From Macrostomum lignano (lineage: Eukaryota), in the NCBI GenBank assembly GCA_002269645.1, contig NIVC01001587.1, forward strand, positions 186,001 through 250,000: 64,000 nt of DNA, given 5' to 3'. A program made the position numbers and the translations under genes. The notes under the pieces were generated by a model. The model worked only from the letters and a program-made list of their open reading frames with translations, was not told the DNA's origin and ran no database searches. Shown piece after piece: positions 42,313 to 54,800 of the stretch; within the stretch, counting starts at the first letter, position 1, and the number at the start of each line of letters is the position of its first letter.

Positions 42313-45300
42313 ATGTCGTTGCTGCTGCCGCTCCTGGCGGGACTGTTCCTGACGCCGAGCCTCACAGTTCTCACCTCGGCCGTACTGCTGCAAGAGACAC
42401 TAAGCTTCGATGAGAAACAGCCGCCCAGCACTCTGGTTGGCAGCCTGCGCCCGCCATTGAGGCGCTACCTCACCGACTCCGAATTGGCAAACGTCTCCCT
42501 GACGCGCCTGTCTGCCAACCAGCCGGGTGCGAGCCTCTTCGACATCCGGCAAGATGGCGGAGTGTATACCGGCCGTCTGACGCTCGATCGAGACCGGCTG
42601 TGCAACACGGACGGCCTCTGCTGCGAACCCGACATGCGACAGCTGGGCGACCTGGCCGTGTGCGAGTTCAAGCAGCTGGTGGTGGCTACGCACAGCGCTG
42701 GCTCACCGGTTACTCTGGAGCTGACTCTACAGCTCAGAGATCTCAACGACCATTCGCCGGCATTCTCTGCCGATAAGTACGTAGTGCACTTCCGCGAAAC
42801 TGACCAGATAGATCAACTGGTGCTGCTCCCGTTGGCTATTGACGCTGACTGGGGTAGAAACGGCATCGTGAGCTACCGGCTGCGAGAGCCAAGCGACTTC
42901 TTCAAGCTGCAGGAGGTGCGAAAAGGCGACAAGATCACCGAGCTGCGGCTGCTGAACCGGCAGCCGCTAGACCGCGAGTCCAGCGCGTGGCACAGCCTGC
43001 ACCTAGTGGCCGAGGACGGCGGCAGGAAGTCCGGTGCCACATTAATCAATGTCACGATTGATGATGTCAACGATTGCAGCCCGGAGTTTGTTAACGGTAG
43101 CCAGGTGTCTGTCGACGTGCCCGAAGACAAGCGCGAACGCTCCGTGGTGGCCAGCGTTCTGGCTACGGACAAGGACGAAGGACAGAACGGCCGGGTGAGC
43201 TACAGGCTGCGCCAGGGCCAGTCGGGGCAGCCCTCGGCGCTGCTTTTCGGAGTCGACGCCCACACCGGTCGCATTTGGCTCTACCGGCCACTCACCTTCT
43301 GGCCCCAGCGGCCGGCGAGCAACTGGCACGACCTCACCGTGGTGGCGTTCGACCACGGCTCGCCAAGTCGGTCAGCCGAGATCACCGTCCGCATTCGCGT
43401 GCTGGACGTCAACAACCACGCGCCAAGCATCAACGTGCAGAGCCTCCTTGCCGGGCCGGCGGGAGCCGCTGCCTCGACTGATCCGGTTGTCCACGTGCTG
43501 GAGAATCAGCAGTATGGTGCTCAGCGACCCATAGCTTCGTTACACTCGCAAGATCAGGACGACGCTGAGAATGGCCGAGTCCGGTGCGACCTGAAGTCGG
43601 GCGCGGACATGTTCGGCCTGCAGCTCATCAGCCAGATGAAAACTGGCGACTGCATCTACCATCTACTGGCGCTGCAGACCTTTGACAGAGAAGCCGTGGC
43701 GCGTCACACTGTCACGGTGCGGTGCTCCGACCAGGGGCAGCCGGCGCAGCACAGCGAGTTAGTCATCCGTGTTGAGGTCGATGACGTGAATGATTCGCCG
43801 CCGGTGTGGCCGAGCTCCGCCCCGATTTCGCTAGCCGTTCTGGAGAATCAGCCGACCGGGGCGCCGCTCGGCTTCGCCCGCGCCGAAGACGCCGACGTTG
43901 GGCCGAACGCGGTCATCGAGTACCGCCTGGAGCCGCCGGAGATCCTGGCGGACCTGGCCATCGACACTGCGAGCGGCCAGCTGACCACCGCTCGGTCCTT
44001 CGATCGAGAGTCGCAGGCCAGCCTGTCGTTCCGCGTCGTGGCGGTCAATCCAGCTCCGCCTGGGTTCTCTGCCACCGCGGAGGCGAGCCTCCGGATTCTG
44101 GACGAGAACGACAACCAGCCGATTGTGACTGAGGACACGCCCGGGACGGTCACAGTGTTGGAGGGCGCCCCGGTCGGCACGGTGGTCACCCGGATCAACG
44201 CTACGGACGCAGACGAAGGTCCGCAACGTTTTCGATTCACAATCAAGAGTGGCGGCGGCGGGAAATTTGTCGTCCGCAACAACGGCGAGATCGCACTGTC
44301 GGGCCAGCTGGACCGGGAGCTCACCGCTGAGCACCAGCTGCTCATTGGGGTGGCCGACTCTGGCGTGCCCAGCCAGCGGACCGAGTTCCGTCTCACCGTG
44401 CTGGTCGGGGATATCAACGACTCGCCGCCGAGGTTTGTCTTCCCGCCGGCTGAGAGGCCCGGCCCGCCACATCAGGTGAGAGGCAGCTGGGCGATAGTAG
44501 TGGTGGGGAAGCTGACTTCATGACAGTTTCATTCAGAAAAAATTTTACGATGTCACGATGATGTCCCGACTATAATTCTGTCAAATGCTGTCACGATGCT
44601 TCCAGGAAACTTTTGTACAAGCATTTTTGTACCGCTCCACCCCAACCTGCGCAGGTGAACATCTCAATCAACCAGATTCCCGGCAATCCAGTCGCCACCA
44701 TCATCGCACACGACGACGACACGGGACAGAACGGCAACGTCACCTACCGGCTGCTGCGGTCGGTTTCCGGCAGCGCGCCGGCGCCTGCCTCTTCGTCGGG
44801 TTCAGCTGCCGGCGCCGAGACACCGACTGACTTCGCCGACTATTTCAACCTGGAGCCGCTGACCGGCAGGCTGCTTCTGCGGCGACGCCTCCAAGGCGTC
44901 CCCGCTGCCGACGGCTGCCTCGGCGGCGGGTCCGGCCGCCTGCTGCGGTTGGAAGCGTCTGACCAAGGACAGCCGTCTCTGAAGCGGGTGACTCAGCTAC
45001 GAATCTGCGCCGTCAACGACGTCAGCGACGGAGGCGGAGGTGCCGGCGGTGGCAACGGCAGCCCGCCATCGTCGTCCGGGCAGGACGGGCGCACCTGGCC
45101 TGGCGCCGGCGGCAGCGGCGGAAACGGCGAAGTTTTTAACGGCGGCGATTTGTCTAGCGCAATCGTGCTGCTGACTGCCGGCCTGGCCATTCTCGTGCTG
45201 CTGGCGCTCATTCTGTCTGTGGTGTTCCTCATTGTGAGGCGGCGGGCCGAGGGATTCTCTGCTGCCGGCGGCGGCGCGTCTGCCGGAGTGGGGCGGGGTG

Positions 45301-48300
45301 AGTGAGAATAGGGTGGGGAGAGTGAGAATAGGGTGGGGTGAGTGAGAATAGGGTGGGATGAGTGAGAATAGGGTGGGGTGAGTGAGAATAGGGTGGGGTG
45401 AGTGAGAATAGGGTGAGGTGAGTGAGAATAGGGTGGGGTGAGTGAGAATAGGGTGAGGTGAGTGAGAATAGGGTGGGATGAGTGAGAATAGGGTAGGGTG
45501 AGTGAGAATAGGGTGGGGTGAGTGAGAATAGGGTGGGATGAGTGAGAATAGGGTGGGGTGAGTGAGAATAGGGTGGGGTGAGTGAGAAAAGGGTGGGGTG
45601 AGTGAGAATAGGGTGGGATGAGTGAGAATAGGGTAGGGTGAGTGAGAATAGGGTGGGGTGAGTGAGAATAGGGTGGGGTGAGTGAGAAAAGGGTAGGGTG
45701 AGTGAGAATAGGGTGGGGTGAGTGAGAATAGGGTGGGGTGAGTGAGAATAGGGTGGGGTGAGTGAGAATAGGGTGGGGTGAGTGAGAATAGGGTGGGGTG
45801 AGTGAGAATAGGGTGGGGTGAGTGAGAATAGGGTGGGGTGAGTGAGAATAGGGTGGGGTGAGTGAGAATAGGGTGGGATGAGTGAGAATAGGGTGGGGTG
45901 AGTGAGAATAGGGTGAGGTGAGTGAGAATAGGGTGGGGTGAGTGAGAATAGGGTGGGGTGAGTGAGAATAGGGTGGGGTGAGTGAGAATAGGGTGGGTGA
46001 GTGAGAATAGGGTGGGGTGAGTGAGAACAGGGTGGGGTGAGTGAGAATAGGGTGGGGTGAGTGAGAAGAGGAGGGGGGTAAGTGAGGCTGGGACTCAGGG
46101 TAAGTGAGGCAGGGATTAAGGGTGAGTGAGGCTGGGATTAAGGGTGAGTGAGGCTGGGATTAAGGGTGAGTGAGGCTGGGATTAAGGGTGAGTGAGGCTG
46201 GTATTAAGGGTGAGTGAGGCTGGGATTAAGGGTGAGTGAGGCTGGGATTAAGGGTGAGTGAGGCTGGGATTAAGGGTGAGTGAGGCTGGGATTAAGGGTG
46301 AGTGAGGCTGGGATTAAGGGTGAGTGAGGCAGGGATTAAGGGTGAGTGAGGCAGGGATTAAGGGTGAGTGAGGCTGGGATTAAGGGTGAGTGAGGCTGGG
46401 ATTAAGGGTGAGTGAGGCAGGGATTAAGGGTGAGTGAGGCTGGGATTAAGGGTGAGTGAGGCTGGGATTAAGGGTGAGTGAGGCTGGGATTAAGGGTGAG
46501 TGAGGCTGGGATTAAGGGTGAGTGAGGCAGGGATTAAGGGAGAGTGAGGCAGGGATTAAGGGAGAGTGAGGCTGGGATTAAGGGTGGGTGAGGCAGGAAC
46601 TCAGGGTGAGTGAGGCTGGGATTAAGGGTGAGTGAGGCTGGAATTAAAGCTGAGTGAGGCTGGGATTAAGGGTGAGTGAGGCTGGAACTCAGGGTGAGTG
46701 AGGCTAGGATGAGGCACACTGAAGCGGTTAGGCTGAAGACTGCCTGGGTTATGACGCAACGCGGGCCACTCCAAGGCCAAGAATGAAGTGTGCATTCAGC
46801 TTAGCATAGAGTGGGGGCTTTTACGTGCCAAAAGAAATAAAAAAGGATCCATCAAGTAAAACGATGCGGACAGGAGCCGGGGGGGGGGGCTGAGCAGAGC
46901 AGGCAGATAATGAAGGCGCGGAGGACTCAACGGGAACTCAAAGGACTGAAATCGGAAATGTTTGCCAAGAGGCCTGGAATGGAGACTACCCCAACCGGCC
47001 CAGCTGGGCTCGGGGCGTGAAACTCTCGGCAGTCATCATGTCGGAATGCCGAGTCCAGCGCCCGCGATCGGAAGAAGCTCGCGATTTTCGAGGCCCCTCT
47101 CAAGTGGACCGCCTGAGCTGGGTGGGATTTTGGCACCGCGGGGAGCAGATTAGGGAGTGTTGAGGTGATTGAGAATGGCCTGGTTAGGCTCCCCGGACTG
47201 TCAGTTTAGTTAGTTGAACGAACAAGGGAAGACACAACTTCCTGTTCGTGGGGGGGGGGGGGTTCGGCCGATTGAAGTTCAACTAGACTCACGTTTGGGA
47301 GCAAGCTTTTTTATCCGATTTTTGTAACTCGCTAACTGGGGCTTTAGGGGCGCTAGCAGGGGCGCTAGCAGGGGCGCTAGCAGGAACAATGAGAGGGGCG
47401 CTAGCAGGGGCGCTAGCAGGGACAATGAGAGGGGCGCTAGCAGGGGCGCTAGCAGGAACAATGAGAGGGGCGCTAGCAGGGGCGCTAGCAGGAACAATGA
47501 GAGGGGCGCTAGCAGGGGCGCTAGCAGGAACAATGAGAGGGGCGCTAGCAGGGGCGCTAGCAGGGACAATGAGAGGGGCGCTAGCAGGGGCGCTAGCAGG
47601 AACAATGAGAGGGGCGCTAGCAGGGGCGCTAGCAGGGACAATGAGAGGGGCGCTAGCAGGGGCGCTAGCAGGGGCGCTAGCAGGAACAATGAGAGGGGCG
47701 CTAGCAGGGGCGCTAGCAGAGACAATGAGAGGGGCGCTAGCAGGGACAATGAGGAGGGCGCTAGCAGGGACAATGAGAGGGGCGCTAGCAGGGGCGCTGA
47801 GAGGGGCGCTAAGAACATGAGCTTCAGTAGAGGCACTGATTGAAATGAAAAATCAGCGATCAAACCGAGATTCCACAGCAGCGTCCTCCGAAAAAAAGGA
47901 TTCAAAGTTGTGCCTTGACATGCGTGCCTCGATTCCCTCGTTTCGCTTCTCTTATTGTTCTCATTTATCGCTGGATCTAGTCCCATACTCGTATCATCAG
48001 TAGTCTGATTTTTCATAGCTTCTCTCTGAGTGAAAGCCTGGGTGAAATCGCATTTCTCAATCCAAGTAAATCTGTCTGATCAGTGCAGTCCAGGTTACCC
48101 TTGCGTGCGCAATATCATCTTACTTGCTGGGCCTTTTCCCTCAGCCCCCTCTCTCTCCCGTATTATCCTGTTGCGCAAGATGCCAATACTGATAGGGGAT
48201 CAGCAGCGGCAGATCCATGGGAATAGCTTTGCCTTTGTCTCGCGGAGGCAGATGAGGAAGGCGTGTGTAGCTGTTAACTCAATCAGCCAGTTGAAATGCC

Positions 48301-51094
48301 ACACTATATACTCACTAGGGCCTGCAGGCCTGCTTTCTCATTAATTCAATTCATCCCTCTAATCCGTTCTGCTCTTGCCCCCATCCCAAGGATAAAACAA
48401 GCCTTACTAGTCAAACTGAGCGTCACCGCGTGTAGTGCGGGATGCAGATGGATAAAATATTAGCCCTGCCCACCTGCCACTTCCTTCATCGCGAATTGCA
48501 AATATTCGTCGTTACTGAATCCTGAGACAGCTTTTTGAGTCGAAAAATTAATTAACTCACTAGGCGAAAACCTGAGCTGCTCTCTTAGAAAAAACGACTA
48601 AAGAGAGAATTAGCCGCTTGACTGGACAAAATCTGATCAAAACTGCTCTTGTTCAGTTAATTCTTTGATAACTCTGCCGTTGGTTCTGGCACTGAATCAA
48701 TTTTTTCTTTGAGGTGTGTTTTCAATTACTCAAGTAAATTCTCCCCTCACTGCATTCTGCCTCATGCCAGATGTCCAAGGATTATCCAGCAAGAACATCA
48801 GCCTGCCTAGCTACGATCCGGTACTGAAGGTCTCTGGAGACAACGCCCTGAGCAGCCTGCACGGATATCCGGCTCAGTCAATGGTTAGCGTTTGTGAAAT
48901 TTGCCATGAGACTCGCGGTCTAGGGATACCTCAGTCTTCAAAGAAACCTCACTCCGTAAAGACCTCTTACTCTGCAAAGACACCTCACTCTGCAAAGACA
49001 ACTCACTCTGTAAAGAAACCTCATTCTGCAAAGACACCTCACTCCACAAAGACACCTCACTCTGCAAAGACACCTCACTCTGCAAAGACACCTCACTCTG
49101 CAAAGACAACTCACTCTGCAAAGACACCTCACTCTGCAAAGACATCTCACTCTGCAAAGACATCTCACTCTGCAAAGACACCTCACTCTGCAAAGACACC
49201 TCACTCTGTAAAGACACCTCACTTTGCAAAGACACCTCACTCTGCAAAGACACCTCACTCTGCAAAGACACCTCACTCTGCAAAGACACCTCACTCTGCA
49301 AAGACACATCACTCTGCAAAGACACCTCACTCCACAAAGACACCTCACTCTGCAAAGACACATCACTCTGCAAAGACACCTCACTCTTCCAAAGACACCT
49401 CACTCTGCAAAGACACCTCACTCTTCCAAAGACACCTCACTCTGTAAAGACATCTCACTCTGCAAATACACCTCACTCTGTAAAGACACCTCACTCCACA
49501 AAGACACCTCACTCTGCAAAGACACCTCACTCTGTAAAGACACCTCATTCTGCAAAGACACCTCACTCCACAAAGACACCTCACTCTGCAAAGACATCTC
49601 ACTCTGCAAAGACATCTCACTCTGCAAAGACACCTCACTCTGCAAAGACACCTCACTCTGTAAAGACACCTCACTTTGCAAAGACACCTCACTCCACAAA
49701 GACACCTCACTCTGCAAAGACACATCACTCTGCAAAGACACCTCACTCTGCAAAGACACCTCACTCTGCAAAGACATCTCACTCTGCAAAGACATCTCAC
49801 TCTGCAAAGACACCTCACTCTGCAAAGACACCTCACTCTGTAAAGACACCTCACTTTGCAAAGACACCTCACTCTGCAAAGACACCTCACTCTGCAAAGA
49901 CACCTCACTCTGCAAAGACACCTCACTCTGCAAAGACACCTCACTCTGTAAAGACACCTCACTCTGCAAAGACACCTCACTTTGCAAAGACACCTCCCTC
50001 TTCCAAAGACACCTCACTCTGCAAAGACACCTCACTCTGCAAAGACACCTCACTCTTCCAAAGACACCTCACTCTGCAAAGACACCTCACTCTGCAAAGA
50101 CACCTCACTCCGAAAAGACATCTCACTCTGCAAAGACACCTCACTCCGAAAAGACACCTCACTCTGCAAAGACACCTCACTCCGAAAACACACCTCACTC
50201 TGCAAAGACACATCACTCTGCAAAGACACGACACTTCATTAAAGACACGTCACATCGTAGACACCCCAAATCCGTTTTCGCAATTCCCCCTTCAGCTCTC
50301 TCTCTCTCAACCTTCGCAGCACATGTCACTCAGCAAGAACCGGCGCAAGCGAGGCCTTGAGCTGGAGCAGCTCGAGCTTGAAGCCAGCGAGAAGATGCTG
50401 TCGTCAGCGGCCAGTCGACCCGACGTTGCCCAGGGAGCGCCTGTCGAGACGATGCGGCGAGGCACGGATCCAGGTGATCCAGGCGTTGATGTTAAGCTGA
50501 TGAACTGGAAAAGAAAGAAAGAAGAGGGACAGATAGCAGGACTCCAGAATCTCGAGTCTACCCACCCAGTTAAAGAGAACTAGACTACAGCAATCTAATT
50601 AGTGGAGGCAAACAAATAAAGGAATGAATATTTTTGGAAAAAATTCACCATTCCTGTCGATTTTGCCAGGCTTCCTTGACCAACGCGGCTACTTCAGCGG
50701 CGCGGTCAGCCAGTCGGACGAAAATCTGTTCCGAGATGTCGGCGTCGCGGCTGCTGGCGGTTCGTCCGCTACAATGCATCGCCGGCAGCCACCGCAGCAG
50801 CAACAGCAGCAGCAGCAGCAGCAAAGACGTCAGACGAGGCAGCAACAGCAGCAGCATCCGGCTGACATGTACAGTATTCCCATGCCACCGCTACTGCAGG
50901 GGGCCGGTGCCATCATAGGATCGGCAACGGGATCTCGGGATCAGCTGCGCTCCAAACAGCCGCTGAACTACACACAGCTTACCAGCCTGTCCCAGCCAGT
51001 GTGCCAGGACTATGCCAATCCGGTGACCTCTTTGGCCACCATAAATAGCAATCGACCGGCCCGCTTGCCCTACGATCATGTTAGCGACGTCTGA
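42313..51094 (+). CDS. Protocadherin with 7 cadherin repeats, TM segment and cytoplasmic tail (about 1165 aa)
   Basis: Exons 42313-44475, 44655-45297, 48771-48883, 50320-50473 and 50670-51094, with GT-AG boundaries and phases 0,1,0,1 all matching. Signal peptide MSLLLPLLAGLFL; six DxNDxxP linkers plus a 7th repeat; LDRE/FDRE motifs; TM AIVLLTAGLAILVLLALILSVVFLIV. The cytoplasmic exons are less certain and extra exons could exist. AATAAA at 51149. Confidence 0.88.
45298..46710. repeat. G-rich donor-site arrays in protocadherin intron 2: 20-bp GTGAGTGAGAATAGGGTGGG, then 22-bp GGGTGAGTGAGGCTGGGATTAA
   Basis: About 39 and about 28 units. Confidence 0.95.
47345..47810. repeat. 12-bp GGGGCGCTAGCA with a 36-bp higher-order unit
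   Basis: Direct inspection. Confidence 0.93.
48945..50232. repeat. 18-bp minisatellite GCAAAGACACCTCACTCT, protocadherin intron 3
   Basis: About 70 units. Confidence 0.95.
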
Positions 51095-51801
51095 GCTGAA
51101 CTTCGCATTTTCTGACGCACGTTTCTTCTTTGACTAGCAACGGATACAAATAAAAGCTAAATGGGCCAGAAACTGTACTTTTAGGTTGGATGGCTTAGCG
51201 CGCTGAACCTCTCCGACGTCGCAAAATCTCTAACCCCCGTCCCGCCGCCGCATTTTAATGCCTTCTCTTCATTGGTCCAGCCAGCCTAATGCTGTCATGT
51301 ACATTTAAGTTGGCGCTGGCTAATGTACATTGCGGCTGCAACAATAGCAAGTTAAATTGTCGATTTAAAAGTCTGCAAGTCACTCTAAACTGCTACATAA
51401 AATAGCTCACAATTTCTTCTTTGCTACTGATTGAAAGTAGAAAGACTATTTTAACACGGCAGTATGCCTAAGCGGCCCATCTTGCTTTTATAGGATCTGT
51501 GATTGAGACTATGTCTATACACAATCGCCTTCTTAGTTCTGATTGGCTGCCAATTTCTCTAGCAGCCACCTCACCTACCCCGTCCTTCCTTTCTCTGTTT
51601 TCTGATTGGCTGCCAATTTAAGTAGCAGCCACCTCTCTTACTCGCCCTTCCTATCCCTCTTTTCTGATGGCTGCCAGTTTAATCGTTAGCTTGACTTACT
51701 TGACTTAGCTGCAGGGTGGTCCGTAGACACAGCGGGGAGGCGAGGGTCGCCCATTCCGCTAGCCCCTGAAGGCCCGCAGACAGGCAGAGGCGTGGGGCCG
51801 G

Positions 51802-54800
51802 TCAGGGTGGTCCGCCGGTCCGTCCTGCAGCGTGATCTTCCGTTGGGAAGAAACTGGCTCGTCTAGTCGCCCGAAGGAACTGGATGAGCCGTGGGATGCT
51901 GTCGGGCTGGCAAACCTCGTCAATGGACGGGTTCGGCCCGAGGTAGCGTAGCCGGTCTCTGTTAAAGAAAGGGCAGTGACAGACAAAGTGCTGAGCATCT
52001 TCATTGTCGCACTCGCAAAAGGGGCAAATTTCGCTCTCGAGGTCGCCTCGGAGGAAGCAGTGCCTGGCGAGGTAGCCATGGCCGGTAAGGGTCATGACAA
52101 GGGCTCGAATATCCTTCCGATTCTGGTTCAGAAGGATGTTTCTGAGCCTGTGAGACGGGCAAGGAACCGCGGCACGAGATTGCCGGCAGTTTTGGGTGCC
52201 CGCCCATCTGTCCCTGTGGAGGGAGTCAGCCCAGTCGTCGATCTGACGATTGATGACTGTCAAGGGCATAGGGACCAGGGGGGCAGGGCCGAAAAAAGAG
52301 CCAGAGCCGCCCCTCTTGGCGAGGGTGTCTGCCAGCTCGTTCCCCGGAAACCCTGCGTGCCCTGGGATCCACTTCAGCCTGACAGTATTGCTTCTGGCCA
52401 GGAGGTTGAGCTGCCGGGCGCAGTCGGCGACTGTCCGGGAGTTCGTTGTGGTGTGGCAAAGGGCCTGTAAGGCCGCTTGGCTGTCGGAGTGGATGACAAT
52501 AGTCTTTCCTCTCGTAACCTTGGCGTTTAGCTCTGCAGCGCAAGAGCTGATGGCAAGGACTTCGTTCTGGAAGACTGTGGAGAGTCTACCAGTGTGCTGG
52601 GCATGCGTGGCAATTACGCGGCCGTTGATGATGATGCAGACCCCAAAGCCGGCGCGACCGTCTTTGATGGATCCGTCCGTGTAGCAATGGACCTCCTGGA
52701 AATTCCAGTGGTCATTGGCAGCATCCCTAGAGGGGATGGTGACCTTGTAGCGCTGAAAGAGGTTGAGAGTGCGGGGTTCGCCGTCAGATAGGACGTGGAG
52801 CCCGCCGCTGTCTCTCAAGTCCTTGAGGCAGAGGTCAGCGTGGGGCAGAAGCTTGCGCTTAGCCATGGCCCTATGGGGCTGGATTCGAATGCCAGCGTCA
52901 GCTAGACGGCGGGCAGTCTTAGCCGCTTCCCTGCGGACAAAGATGTCCAGCGGAGGAATGTTGAGGAAGGCGTTGAGGCCATCGTAAGGAGCAGACGGAG
53001 GGGCGCTCATGATCGTGCGACAAGCGCGCCCTTGCGCTCTCCTGAGAGCCTCTAGACAGGTCTTTATCTGCAGGGCGCTAGCCCAGATCAGGCCGCCATA
53101 CGAGATAGCGGGCCTAACCATTGCAGTGTAGATCCACCAGAGGCGCTTGGGGGTGAGCCCCCAGGTGGTGCCGACGGCCCTGCGCAATTGCGCGAGGACT
53201 GCGAAGGCCTTTTTGGCTTTTGTTTGAACGTGGGGAGACCAGTTCAGCCTGTGGTCCAGGGTAATACCCAGACATTTAGTCTGCTTGCAGAAGGGGATTT
53301 CCCTTCCGTAAAGCGTGAGCGGCCGAATCTGCCACTTGGTCCTGCTGGTGAACATGATCGCTGCGGTCTTAGTCTCAGAGAGCCTTAAACCACAGCGGTC
53401 CGCCCATTGCTCAGCAGCGTAGATGAAGTTCTGAAGAAGGTCCCTGAGGGTATCAGGGGACGGACCAGATGCCACCGCGGTGACATCGTCCGCATATCCA
53501 ACTTTCAGAATGGGGTCAGGCCGAACATCCCGGAGGAGCTCATCGATGACCATATTCCAGAGAACTGGAGACAGCACCCCACCTTGCGGGCTACCTTTGC
53601 AGACGGGGACCGTCCTCTGGTAGCCCAGCAGACTGGCGGTGGCCGTGCGATGGCTGATCATGTACATGATCCATCTGGTGAGATGTGAGTGCGTTAGCCT
53701 CTCACAAAGAGCTCTTCGGAACGCCTCAAAGAGGACGTTATCGAAGGCGCCAATGATGTCCAGGAAGATCCCCAGAGCAAAGCCACTACCAAGCACGGCC
53801 TTCTCGAGTTTATCGACCAGGACGTGCAGCGCGCTTTCAGTGGAGCGACCCGCCCGAAAAGCGTGCTGGTTCTCGCTGAGAGGTTTGTTCTTCAGCTCAA
53901 CAGAGAGAAGGCGCCAAAGCACCAGTCTCTCCATCAGCTTGACCAGGGAGGAGGTCAAGCTGATCGGTCTGAAGGATTTGATAGAATGGTAGTCCGGGCG
54001 GCCTGGCTTAGGGATAAAGATCACCTTTGCCTCGGTCCATGCCTGCGGGACATAACCAAGCGTGATGCATGCCCGAAGAAGGCTGCAAAGTTTGCGCAGG
54101 AAGCCTGGGCATTTAACCGCCTCTCTTAGAAGGGCCGGTACAATGCCGTCGGGTCCTGGGGCTTTGAAAGGCTTGAAGGAATTTGCCGCTCTCACAATGC
54201 GGTCCTCCGTGATGATAGATGCAGCCAGCGCGTGACCTCCCTCCGAGTGATCCGGAGTGGTCTGGTTAGCTGGCTCGTTAGGGAAAAACGCAGTGAGCAT
54301 TACATCAAGCGTTTCCCCTGGGTTGTCCGTGGACGTACCGTCGGTGCGTTTGACCGAGGAGAGCTTAGACATTTTGTCCAGCGTGAGCGCTTTCACAACT
54401 CTGGAGGTGGGGCGTGAGCCCTCTAGCTCCTCACAGTATTGTCGCCATTTTTGAGCCTTTGCATTCCTAACCTGCCTTTTAAACTCATGAATTGCTTCAT
54501 GATAGGCGGTTTGGTCTGCAGGGCTCTTAGTTTTAGTTGCTCTGCGGTGGAGTCTCTTAGCCCTGCGACGGAGGTTGCCGAGCTCGGGATTCCACCACGG
54601 CGCCGATTTTTTCCCTTTATAGGCTTTTAAAGGGCAGGACGCCTCAAAGGCGGCGGTTAGCGTCTCTGTCAAAACAGTCGCGCACTCATCCGCCTCTCGG
54701 CACGACGTGATCGTGAATGGTTGGCCAGGAGACCGATGGAATTCCTTCAGGGCGAGCCCGAAGGTTTCCCAATCAGTATTTCTGGCGTTCCGTCTCCACA

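Noticed and set aside
46100-46700. Interstitial telomeric repeat
   Set aside because: TTAAGGG occurs once per 22-bp unit and is not a TTAGGG tandem.
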